From positions 14,006-78,005 of the forward strand of contig CAYZVY010000001.1 of the NCBI GenBank assembly GCA_964481675.1: 64,000 nt of DNA, in the 5' to 3' direction. The notes beneath the pieces were generated by a model. The model was not told the DNA's origin. It saw only the letters and a program-made list of their open reading frames with translations, and made no database searches. The translations under genes were made by a program, and so were the position numbers. The stretch is from an uncultured Verrucomicrobiota bacterium. GTDB lineage: Bacteria; Verrucomicrobiota; Kiritimatiellia; CAIKKV01. The first letter of the stretch is position 1, and the number at the start of each line of letters is the position of its first letter. Of the stretch, positions 55,871 to 64,000 are shown in pieces.

Positions 55871-58174
55871 TTACTTCTCCCGGTACACGGCCACGGGGGC
55901 TAGCAGGCCGCCCGTGCCCAGTTCGTTGAAGAACGTGCGGGTGCAGAGCAGGGCCAGGTGGTTCACTTCGCCGGGCTTGACTGCGGCGGTGATGTCGAAG
56001 GAGAACGGCTCCGCGTAGCCTTCCCGGCTCCCGATTTCGCGGCCGTTGAAGAAGACCTTGACGGCGCCGTCGGTGCTGCCGACCCAGAGGAAAATCTTTT
56101 TCCCGTCCGCCGCCAGGGGCAGGGTTACGGGCGTGCGATACCAGACGCTCTTGAAGTAATTATGGAGCCCCAGGGTGGACCAGGTCTCGGTGCAGACGTC
56201 CGTCATCTTCCAGCCGCTGTCGTCGAAGCCGGGTTTGGCGAAGCCCGCCTTTTCGCCCGATCCGTCCGGATCCGCCAGCCACAGGAAGTGGCGCAGCGGG
56301 GGCCGGGTCATCAGTTCCGCCTCTTCCGCCACCCGCTGGGCGTCCTTGTAGGTCTTGTCGTAAAACGCCATCGCATAGGCTCCGCCGAGGGTGTTGGTGT
56401 TCCAGTTCACCGCCGTGAAGGTGGCGTAGTCCTTGTATTTGGCGGCGTCCGCCAGCAGCCGGGCGTGCCAGGCGTCGGCGCGGGTCATCAGGCCCGCCCA
56501 CCGGCCTTCGGCCTGGTCCTGCCGCAGCTTCATGAACAGCTCGAACAGGGAGAGCGACTCGCTGGCCAGCTCGACGCGGAATTTCTCGTCCGGCGTGGCG
56601 GCGGCCTTGCGGCCGACGTTCAGGAGGGTGCGGGCCTCGCGCAGCTTCGCCGGCGTCCAGCGCCGCAGGTGGCCCCAGCCGCAGCCGGAGAACTCGGGCG
56701 ACTCCACCCAGACCCGGTCCACGTAGTCCCAGTAGGCCGCCATTTCGGCGGCGGCCTGGCCGTAGAACCGCTCGTTGATTTCCCGGTAGATGGCGTCCGG
56801 CTTCTGCTTCGGATTCCAGGCCAGCCGGAGGGCCATGTATTGCGCGTGCATGAAGTACTCGAAGTTGGGCAGCGTTTCGGGCTGCCAGAACTGGCAGTTC
56901 CCGCGCTCCAGCGCGAAGGGCACGTCGTGTCCCCATTTCCGGAGCATGGGCTGCGGGCCCAGGGGCTCGGCCAGGTAGTAGCCGTAGAAGTAGTGGCTGG
57001 TCCGCTTCGCCTTTTTGCCCCAGCCCTCCACGATGGCCCGCAGCTCGGCGTTGCCCGGCACGCGGTCGTCGTTCATGGGATGCGACCGGCTGTAGGTGAT
57101 GGGCGCGATCTGGGGCACCACGCTGGGGTTCACCTTCTCGCGGACGGGGGGGCGCGTGTACTGGACATAGGCGAGCACGCCGAACAGGAGGTCGGGCTGC
57201 CTGGCGTTGACCCGTGCGGCGATCCGGTTGACGAACACCAGGAGGCGGTCGGTGATGGAGTTGGTCTGCACGGTGGTGTCGAAATCGCCGGCGTCGAGGG
57301 CCCGGTCGGCCGCGGACTCGTCGAACAGCGCGCCGTCGCCGGGCGAGAGGGAGACGGAGGGCTGCGGAGCGGCCCCGTTTTTCAGCAGGATGGTATCGGC
57401 GATGGCGTCGGCCAGGGGGCGGCTGCTCCATTTGAGGCGGCCGGGCATGGGGCGGCCGTCGGCATGCTCCGCCACCCAGTCGGGGTGGGCCGCGAGCTGC
57501 TCCTTGGACGGGTAGGTTTCCAGCGCGTGGCCGGCGGAGATCAGGAGCCCGCCGGTCCGGTTGCGGCGCTTGTAGGCGTCGTCGCCGTACCAGATGCCGC
57601 GGTAGGCGGTGAAGGGCGCCAGCGTGTCGTTGGCCTCGGTCACGGCCAGCGTGTCGAGGGTCGGGATCGTTTCGCCCCTGTCGCCCGGCATGAACCAGCG
57701 GCAGCCCAGGCGGTCGAGCAGCTCGTAGACGGCATAGCTGGAGGCGAGGGCGGATTCGCCGTAGAGGCCGATTCCCTTTTTGGGATGCACCACGTAGCGG
57801 AAGCCCTGGCGGTAGGGGGCTTTGATGCCGACCCGGCCGAACACGGGGAGGGCGCGGCTGCCGATGTAGATCGGGACCAGGCCGTCGGGCGGGGCGGCGT
57901 TGGTGGAGAGGGCGACGGGCGCGCCCGACATTTTTTTGAGGTAAAGGGCCAGGTCGGCGACCGAGTCGCGCAGCCGCCGGCGCTGGAGCTCCTCCTCGAG
58001 GGCGGGGTTGACCAGGTTGGCGGTGCTGTTGGAGGCGAGCACGGCGGCATCGACCAGGATGATGGCGCGGGGCTGTTTCGCCTCGGCCAGCGTGATGGCC
58101 GCGGGGGCGGCGGGCAGGCGGAGGGCGGCGAGGAGCAGGACCGCCGGAACCAGGAGCGGCAGGGATCGCGGCAT
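55871..58174 (-). CDS. Secreted DUF4838-like glycoside-hydrolase-family protein with C-terminal galactose-binding-like domain
   Basis: Signal peptide MPRSLPLLVPAVLLLAAL. Central TIM-barrel-like region. C-terminal GH2-type sugar-binding pattern DDSGWKMTDV...WYRTPVTLP...GKKIFLWVGSTDGAVKVFFNGREIG...PFSFDIT. Start at 58174 with GGAGAC RBS. Confidence 0.5.
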   Translation of the reverse strand: MPRSLPLLVPAVLLLAALRLPAAPAAITLAEAKQPRAIILVDAAVLASNSTANLVNPALEEELQRRRLRDSVADLALYLKKMSGAPVALSTNAAPPDGLVPIYIGSRALPVFGRVGIKAPYRQGFRYVVHPKKGIGLYGESALASSYAVYELLDRLGCRWFMPGDRGETIPTLDTLAVTEANDTLAPFTAYRGIWYGDDAYKRRNRTGGLLISAGHALETYPSKEQLAAHPDWVAEHADGRPMPGRLKWSSRPLADAIADTILLKNGAAPQPSVSLSPGDGALFDESAADRALDAGDFDTTVQTNSITDRLLVFVNRIAARVNARQPDLLFGVLAYVQYTRPPVREKVNPSVVPQIAPITYSRSHPMNDDRVPGNAELRAIVEGWGKKAKRTSHYFYGYYLAEPLGPQPMLRKWGHDVPFALERGNCQFWQPETLPNFEYFMHAQYMALRLAWNPKQKPDAIYREINERFYGQAAAEMAAYWDYVDRVWVESPEFSGCGWGHLRRWTPAKLREARTLLNVGRKAAATPDEKFRVELASESLSLFELFMKLRQDQAEGRWAGLMTRADAWHARLLADAAKYKDYATFTAVNWNTNTLGGAYAMAFYDKTYKDAQRVAEEAELMTRPPLRHFLWLADPDGSGEKAGFAKPGFDDSGWKMTDVCTETWSTLGLHNYFKSVWYRTPVTLPLAADGKKIFLWVGSTDGAVKVFFNGREIGSREGYAEPFSFDITAAVKPGEVNHLALLCTRTFFNELGTGGLLAPVAVYREK

Positions 58175-58187
58175 GGGGAGTCTCCCG

Positions 58188-59663
58188 TTAGGCCCGCTGG
58201 CGGAGGGCGCCGAGGGCTTGGGCAATGGTGGACAGGCCGATGAAGAAGAAGCCGGCGGCGTAGATGGCGATGAAGGGGCTGACGGCGAACTTGCCGGCCA
58301 GGATATACATGGCCAGGGTGTAGGCGCAGTAGGCGCCGAGCAGCACTTCGACGACGCCCGCCCAGGGCATCTTCATCTTGTAGGCCTTGATTTCGCGGCC
58401 GCCGCGCTTCGGGGTCCGCACGAATTCGCTTTCGCGGCCGATGACGGCCTCGAGGATGGCGCGCGAGTTGGACAGCGCCAGGCCCACGCCCACCACCATC
58501 AGCAGCGGCATCAGCAGGATCCGCCGCCCCCAGTGCGGGGTGGCCTTGAACTGGCCCACGGTATACATCGTGCTGGGGGCCAGGATGGACAGGATCAGGG
58601 GGATGGACAGGAGGCCGTAGACGAGGGGATTGGCCTTGAATTCCAGGGTCACGCTCAGGATGGGGAGGGCGAGCAGCGAGAGGAGCAGCATCAGCGGGTG
58701 CACCATGTAGCCCGTCATGTGCAGGAAGGCCTGGACCCGCTTGAAGCGCGACACCTTGGCCTGGCGCAGCTGGGGGAACAGCTTGATGACCGTCTGGATG
58801 GAGCCCTTGGCCCAGCGGAACTGCTGGCTGCGGAACGCGTTCACATCCTCCGGCAGTTCGGCTTCCACCACCAGGTCGGGCAGGTACAGGCCTTCCCAGC
58901 CCTTGAACTGGACGCGGTAGGACAGGTCGAGGTCCTCGGTCAGCGTGTCCCAGGACCAGCCGCCGCCGTCGAGGATGGCGTCGCGCCGCCAGACGCCCGC
59001 CGTGCCGTTGAAGTTCAGGAACAGGCCGCTGCCGCTGCGGGCGGGCTGCTCGACCAGGAAATGGCCGTCGATGCCGATCGCCTGCGCGATGGTCAGCAGG
59101 GAGCGGGTGCGGTTCAGGTGGCCCCAGCGCGCCTGGGCGAACCCGAGCTTCGGGTTGCCGCGGAAGTAGGGGACGATCCGGCGCAGGAAGTCGCGGGGCG
59201 GCACGAAGTCGGCGTCGAACACGGCCACGAGGCTGCCGCGGGCCTTGGCCAGCCCCTCGGCCAGGGCGCCGGCCTTGAATCCGAATCGATTGGATCGGCG
59301 GACAATCTGGATGTCATGGCCCTGGGCGGTCAGTTCGGCGGCCACGCGGTCGACGACGCCGATGGTTTCGTCGTTGGAATCGTCCAGCACCTGGATTTCA
59401 TGGCGGCCGGCGGGATAGTCGATGGCACAGGCCGCGCGCAGGACGCGCTCCGCCACGTTCACTTCGTTGTAGATGGCGATCTGGGTGGTCACCACCGGGA
59501 GCGTTTCTTCCGGCAGGGCTTCGGTGTCATGCCGGGCGTTTTCCGCGCGGGTCCAGCCTCGGCGGGCCAGGTACAGCATGATGTAGCAATTCAAGCCATA
59601 CACCATCATGCCGACATTGGCCGCGGCATAGAGAACGGAAAGCAGGCATATCGCGATAAACAT
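58188..59663 (-). CDS. Processive family-2 glycosyltransferase (cellulose-synthase-like, QxxRW)
   Basis: N-terminal TM. GT-A motifs: D in VLDDSND, DxD in AVFDADF, TED in LTEDLDLSYR, and FRSQQFRWAKG (QxxRW). 5-6 C-terminal TM helices. Confidence 0.75.
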   Translation of the reverse strand: MFIAICLLSVLYAAANVGMMVYGLNCYIMLYLARRGWTRAENARHDTEALPEETLPVVTTQIAIYNEVNVAERVLRAACAIDYPAGRHEIQVLDDSNDETIGVVDRVAAELTAQGHDIQIVRRSNRFGFKAGALAEGLAKARGSLVAVFDADFVPPRDFLRRIVPYFRGNPKLGFAQARWGHLNRTRSLLTIAQAIGIDGHFLVEQPARSGSGLFLNFNGTAGVWRRDAILDGGGWSWDTLTEDLDLSYRVQFKGWEGLYLPDLVVEAELPEDVNAFRSQQFRWAKGSIQTVIKLFPQLRQAKVSRFKRVQAFLHMTGYMVHPLMLLLSLLALPILSVTLEFKANPLVYGLLSIPLILSILAPSTMYTVGQFKATPHWGRRILLMPLLMVVGVGLALSNSRAILEAVIGRESEFVRTPKRGGREIKAYKMKMPWAGVVEVLLGAYCAYTLAMYILAGKFAVSPFIAIYAAGFFFIGLSTIAQALGALRQRA

Positions 59664-59783
59664 TCGAACTCCCGGTGATAACGATGGCGCCTATTCTGCC
59701 ATTCGATCCCCTTTGGGTCAATAGTGGGGATACAGGTGCTTTTCACAGGCAAAGAAGGGGAAAAAACAGGAGCCAGTCGGAGG

Positions 59784-61118
59784 CTAGGGCGTCTTTGGCG
59801 CGAGCAGGTAATCGCCCAGGGCCGCGAAAAAGGCGGTTTCCTGCCGGGGGTCCAGTGTTTCGAGCGCGCCGGCGGAGGGGATCTTCCGCGCGGCCAGGCC
59901 TTCCTCGCTGTGGAGGAAAATGGCGGCCTTCCGTCCGGCCGTCGGCCATTGGGACATGCCCCAGACGATGCCGATGCATAATCCGCAGGTGGCGCCGGCC
60001 AGCAGGATGAGGCGTTTCCGGTTGAATTCCATCCGGTTGGGAAGGGCCATGTTGATCAGGCCCAGGGTGACGGTCAGGGTCAGCGCCAGACCGGCCAGAT
60101 GGCGGATGCCGGTCAGGCGGGCCGGGATCTCGGCGACCAGGGGATTGCCGGTGATCCGGACCAGCCCCTCCAGGCAGGGGGTGTAGCCCAGCGCGAGGGT
60201 GACCGTTTCGGTGAGGAACAGGAAGGCCGCCAGGCTGGCCGTGGCGCGCCAGAGGGGGGCCAGGACAACCTTGGGCCCCGCCAGCAGGAACAGGATGACC
60301 AGTCCGGCCGGCAGCCAGACGGTGTAGGGGAGAAAGGGACCGGATCCGAGGCGGGTCAGCACCAGGGCCAGGCCGGCCGTGAGGATGGCGCCGATGATCC
60401 GGATGCGGGTATTGTTCGCCCGGTCGCACAGGGTGATGGCGAACGCGCCGAGGGTGCAGGGCACGGCCACGGCGGCAAATCCCGCATGCCAGGCGAAGGC
60501 TAGCAGCAGGCTGGCGCCGGCCAGCCAGTTCCGGTCGCGGGCGAAGCAGGCGAAAGCCGCCAGGATCAGCAGGATGGCCGGCCCGCGGGGGGCGTAGGCG
60601 AGGAACGCCATGCCGTGCCCGGCCGCCGGTGCGAAGAAGGGCACCGACAGCCCGAGGCCGCCCAGCAGCAGGCAGGACGCTGCGAGAATCCCGTCAACGG
60701 GATGGGCGGCGGTGATCGCCAGCAGCCATCCGAGGGCGAGCAGGAACAGGATCAGGAAGGATAGTTTCACGGGGATGGAGAAGGAGTGCGGCGGCTGGTC
60801 TCCAGGCCAGGCCGCGCAGACGGCGCGAAGAATCCCGCCGTAGACAGGATAGACGGCAAAGCTGTGCAACCGGTTGCGCGTGCGGAATTGCCTGTCGGCC
60901 GGAAGCTTGTTGAGCCAGAGGTGCTCGATCCCGTCGAGAGGCGCCGTCTTGTCGGCCTGGGCAAACAGGCGGGCGGCGCTGTAATAGTGCACCGCCTTGT
61001 CATCCAGATTGCCTTCCGAATAGCTGGATAACCATAAAACCAGAATCTGCACGGCCGCCAGGAGCAGCAGCCACAGGGTCCATCCGCTTCGCGATTCCGG
61101 GCTTGTGCTTGTCATCAC
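59784..61118 (-). CDS. Polytopic membrane protein of unknown function (possible GT-C-like)
   Basis: 444 aa, more than 10 hydrophobic helices. First loop NLDDKAVHYYSAARLF resembles the acidic loop-1 of GT-C enzymes (weak). Confidence 0.4.
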   Translation of the reverse strand: MMTSTSPESRSGWTLWLLLLAAVQILVLWLSSYSEGNLDDKAVHYYSAARLFAQADKTAPLDGIEHLWLNKLPADRQFRTRNRLHSFAVYPVYGGILRAVCAAWPGDQPPHSFSIPVKLSFLILFLLALGWLLAITAAHPVDGILAASCLLLGGLGLSVPFFAPAAGHGMAFLAYAPRGPAILLILAAFACFARDRNWLAGASLLLAFAWHAGFAAVAVPCTLGAFAITLCDRANNTRIRIIGAILTAGLALVLTRLGSGPFLPYTVWLPAGLVILFLLAGPKVVLAPLWRATASLAAFLFLTETVTLALGYTPCLEGLVRITGNPLVAEIPARLTGIRHLAGLALTLTVTLGLINMALPNRMEFNRKRLILLAGATCGLCIGIVWGMSQWPTAGRKAAIFLHSEEGLAARKIPSAGALETLDPRQETAFFAALGDYLLAPKTP

Positions 61119-61217
61119 CCTATTATGATATCAGGTAGGGAATCGCCTGCAAAGTCTTTATGTGAAATTTACAGATACAAAACTGCTCGAATCCGGTGGG
61201 ATCTTGAGCATGGGGGG

Positions 61218-61985
61218 TTAATACTTGCAACTGACGCCCACAACCAGCCGCAGGTCGTAGGCGATGATGTCGTCGGGCGCCCGGCTCTGGTAGCGATATT
61301 CCAGGGCGGTTCGAAGGTTCAGGGTCCTGGTGATGACGGTGGTGAGTTCCGCAGTGGCATTCACCAGGAAATTGTCAAGCTGGAGGGCGTGCGGCAGCAG
61401 TTCCAGCGTCTGGATCACCTTCGGGCCGCCGTCCCATTCCTGCTCGTAGCGCTCGCCCATGCGGATGGCGGGATAATTGTCGGAGCCGTCGCCGGTTTCC
61501 TCGAACACCCAGGAGAGCCCGGCTTCGATTGACCATTCCAGCTTGGGCCCTTTTTGCAGGTAGATGCCCGCGCCTCCGCCTTCCGAGACCCGGTAGTGGA
61601 GGTCCGCCACGGCGTCGCTCTGGATCCGGGCGTCCACGAAGGTGTAGGTCTGGTCCTTTTCCAAGGGCCGCCGCACATAGCCAAACAGGTCCCAGCGCTT
61701 GGCCGTGGTGGTGTTGACCGAATCCACCTCGCTCTGGCCATAGGCGTAGGACCCGCCGGCGCGGACCCGCTCGAAATACGGGGTGACGCCCGATGTTTCG
61801 ATTTTGGAGCCGATCTCACCCTTGTTCGCGTTTCCCCGGGTGAACAGGATGTCCAGGGCGAACGTGGTCTCGAACCCGTTGGTGGGCGCTGTCGGGAGCG
61901 CCCGAAGCGGGGAGGGCAGGCCGAGGGCCAGCAGGATTCCAGGCAGAATGAAAAGAGGCAGCCGCATAGACCGGAAAGGTATCAT
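61218..61985 (-). CDS. DUF481-like outer-membrane beta-barrel protein
   Basis: Signal peptide MRLPLFILPGILLALGLPSPLRA. Alternating amphipathic beta-strands. C-terminal aromatic residue (…GVSCKY). 255 aa, matching DUF481/YdiY size. Confidence 0.5.
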   Translation of the reverse strand: MIPFRSMRLPLFILPGILLALGLPSPLRALPTAPTNGFETTFALDILFTRGNANKGEIGSKIETSGVTPYFERVRAGGSYAYGQSEVDSVNTTTAKRWDLFGYVRRPLEKDQTYTFVDARIQSDAVADLHYRVSEGGGAGIYLQKGPKLEWSIEAGLSWVFEETGDGSDNYPAIRMGERYEQEWDGGPKVIQTLELLPHALQLDNFLVNATAELTTVITRTLNLRTALEYRYQSRAPDDIIAYDLRLVVGVSCKY

Positions 61986-62225
61986 GCGGCCGGGCGGGGC
62001 AGAAGGAAAAAACAGTAATCAGTGACCAGTGATCAGTAATCAGTCACGGCCCCCGATGTCATTATTTTAAGGACGTCACGCCAAAGGAGTCAAGATATAA
62101 TAACACTATCATTTAAAAATAAGATATGTTCCTATGTTTGTGATATATTTAAGTCAGACGGGAACAACTTTTATTGAAAATGGGGGAGAAACGGCGATTT
62201 TTTTAGTGTCGCCAAGTGAGGGACG

Positions 62226-63986
62226 TTACCATCCGCCACCGCCGCCCCCGCCGCCGCCGCCGCCGGAGGAGCCCCCGCCGCCGCCGCCGGAACTGGATCC
62301 CGGGGCCGTGGATGAGGAGGAGATGGCCGACGACAGTGATGATCCAAGGGATCCGGCCAGGGCGCCCGCCGTCAGACCTGTCAGCCCCGCTCCCGCATAC
62401 CAGGCGGGCGAGTAGCCGTCTGTTCCCTTCGCGGCGGTGTCCAGCACGTCCTTGAACTGCTCGGACCACCGCTGCTCAACCCCCAGCGCCAGCGCATACG
62501 GCAGGAACATCTCGAACAGTTCGGGCGTGCGATGGGGCGGGTTTTCCAGGTTCAGCCGGTCCTTTTCGGCCACCGACAGGTACAACCTGAAGCCTTCGAT
62601 TTCGTCCATGGTCTTGCGGCCGATGAGGGTGGGTGCCTTGAGCAGATGGAAGAAAATACCGTTTACCAGCGCCCCCAGCCCGAAGACCAGCGGGACCCAG
62701 AAGGAGGTGGCATACCCGAACATGCCCAGCCCGGCGATCTCGCCGATCACAAAGGGAAGGGAAAACAGGGTCATCGGGATGGCCTGGACCCAGTGACCCG
62801 TCCGCCAGAGCGTGAAGACGCTCGAGAGCAGGGCGGTGACGCCCACCGTCCAGATGGAAAGCCACACGAGCATGAAGAGGGCGACCGGCAGTTCCCGGCT
62901 GTTCAGCAGGGAAACCGCGCAGGGAACCAGGGAAAACAGCAGCCCCGGCACCCAGTAGCGGATGTTGCTCAGGAAATACTTTTTCTCCAGTTGCACCGCC
63001 AGGTCGCTTTTCAGGATCTTGATGGCGGAGCTGATCGCGGTATGGTTGGCCTGCTCCAGTTCAAGCCGGGCGCGGGTGCCCAGAAGACTCTGAGCCAGGT
63101 CCTTTTCGTCCTCGGTCAGCCCCGGGAGTCCCAGTTGCTTCCGCATCAGGGTATATTTCTTGTCCGTGCAATGAATGGTCAGCACGCCTTTAACCGCCAG
63201 GCTGATCACATTGGCGGCAAAGGCCTTCTGGTCATATCCCATTCGCATGAGGAACCGCACCGCCGCCGGCGAAAAGCCCCTGGGCGGCGCGTAACGCGGA
63301 ATGATCACCCCTTTTTCCGGATCCTTTCCCACGCGCGACCAGGCGACCACATAATAGACCAGTACCAGCGCGAGCCCGACCAGCGCCAGAGCCAGGCCGA
63401 TGTTGTCGCGCACCAGGCGCAGACGGGCCTGCCACGGATCCGGCGTTGCGACATACCCTTTGGGCCAGGCGACCACGATCGTGAGCCCTTCGTAGGCGTC
63501 CAGCGGGCGGGTGGTTTCGAAACAGGCCGTTCCCGGTCCGGGCTGCGAGGCTGTGTAGTCCCGGCCCTTGGCGCCTTTCGGTCCCGTGTAGGCGTCCGTC
63601 GACTGCACGGGGCATCCCGGCGGCAGGAGGATGGTGGCCGTGACCTTGTCGAGAGGGAATATCCACCCGTTGCCGGTCACGTTCCAGTACAGCTCATCGT
63701 GGTTTTCGAAAAAGCCCAGCTGGCGGTCGGTGCGGTAGGTCAGCTCAAAGGTGTATTCGCCGGGGTCCAGCGTGGTTTGCGCGGATCCGATGTAAACGCG
63801 CTGGCCGTTGTCCTTGCCTTCCAGGTGATACTCCTCGGGGCGGCCGTCCCGGCGGACGCTGAGCACGTCAAACCCCGTCCGCTGTCTCAGGCCCCAGCCG
63901 CTGCGGTAGAGCTGGGGAAAATCCCGGTAGATGCCGTGCTTGATCTGGTCGCCCGTCGCGCGCACCCGGAGGGTTTCGGTGACCAC
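62226..63986 (-). CDS. DUF2207-family membrane protein with C-terminal poly-Gly/Ser tail (N-terminus may extend beyond the window)
   Basis: Extracytoplasmic N-domain with [20 protein letters not shown], multiple TM helices, tail [30 protein letters not shown]. Confidence 0.55.
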   Translation of the reverse strand: MVTETLRVRATGDQIKHGIYRDFPQLYRSGWGLRQRTGFDVLSVRRDGRPEEYHLEGKDNGQRVYIGSAQTTLDPGEYTFELTYRTDRQLGFFENHDELYWNVTGNGWIFPLDKVTATILLPPGCPVQSTDAYTGPKGAKGRDYTASQPGPGTACFETTRPLDAYEGLTIVVAWPKGYVATPDPWQARLRLVRDNIGLALALVGLALVLVYYVVAWSRVGKDPEKGVIIPRYAPPRGFSPAAVRFLMRMGYDQKAFAANVISLAVKGVLTIHCTDKKYTLMRKQLGLPGLTEDEKDLAQSLLGTRARLELEQANHTAISSAIKILKSDLAVQLEKKYFLSNIRYWVPGLLFSLVPCAVSLLNSRELPVALFMLVWLSIWTVGVTALLSSVFTLWRTGHWVQAIPMTLFSLPFVIGEIAGLGMFGYATSFWVPLVFGLGALVNGIFFHLLKAPTLIGRKTMDEIEGFRLYLSVAEKDRLNLENPPHRTPELFEMFLPYALALGVEQRWSEQFKDVLDTAAKGTDGYSPAWYAGAGLTGLTAGALAGSLGSSLSSAISSSSTAPGSSSGGGGGGSSGGGGGGGGGGGW

Positions 63987-64000
63987 GAGGCTGGCGTTGG

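Noticed and set aside
62166-62210. Intrinsic terminator at GGCGAtttttttagtgTCGCC
   Set aside because: The T-run sits in the loop rather than 3' of the stem on either strand, so it is not a convincing rho-independent terminator.
62134-62415. 93-aa plus-strand ORF with a poly-Pro tract
   Set aside because: Mirror image of the Gly-rich tail codons (GGC/GCC) of the DUF2207 gene on the opposite strand. It has no RBS or start context.
1-64000. tRNA / rRNA genes
   Set aside because: All intergenic regions longer than 60 bp were read for T-loop (GTTCRANYC) and anticodon-stem patterns. None were found. The largest non-coding stretch (15665-16566) instead holds a decayed transposase.

Overview
High-GC (roughly 65-70% by eye) bacterial chromosomal segment, densely coding on both strands. 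The gene content points to a PVC-superphylum organism (Verrucomicrobiota, Kiritimatiellota or Lentisphaerota). It has secreted sialidase, sialate O-acetylesterase, GH29 fucosidase and GH140-like enzymes, parallel beta-helix and prenyltransferase/terpene-cyclase-repeat proteins, a pseudopilin, and a divergent FtsZ. This is inference; no database search was possible. The window holds a partial cell-division (dcw) cluster: a murC-murB fusion on the minus strand and ddl-ftsQ-ftsA-ftsZ on the plus strand, with an inserted nucleotidyltransferase cassette between them. It holds two type II toxin-antitoxin pairs, MNT/HEPN and VapBC. The MNT/HEPN pair is translationally coupled to a sialoglycan-degrading gene set. 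There is a glycan-degradation cluster: a beta-helix protein, GH140, FAD oxidoreductase, DUF1961 and GH29. Housekeeping genes include Prc protease, ADP-forming acetyl-CoA synthetase, dihydroorotase, RlmI paralogs and an SDR oxidoreductase. A TetR-regulated RND efflux operon ends in a small PII-like gene. A DtxR-FeoB-FeoA iron uptake operon is present. At the 3' end is a tightly linked minus-strand locus: DUF2207 protein, DUF481 outer-membrane barrel, GT-C-like membrane protein, QxxRW GT2 synthase and a DUF4838 hydrolase-like protein. I interpret this locus as a candidate, non-canonical synthase-dependent exopolysaccharide system. One decayed IS110-like transposase remnant lies in a lower-GC islet. 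Several long perfect palindromes and dispersed short repeats occupy intergenic regions. No rRNA, tRNA or CRISPR arrays were detected. All ORF start coordinates were chosen by eye from ATGA/GTGA overlaps and Shine-Dalgarno-like purine runs and carry a 1-2 codon uncertainty.
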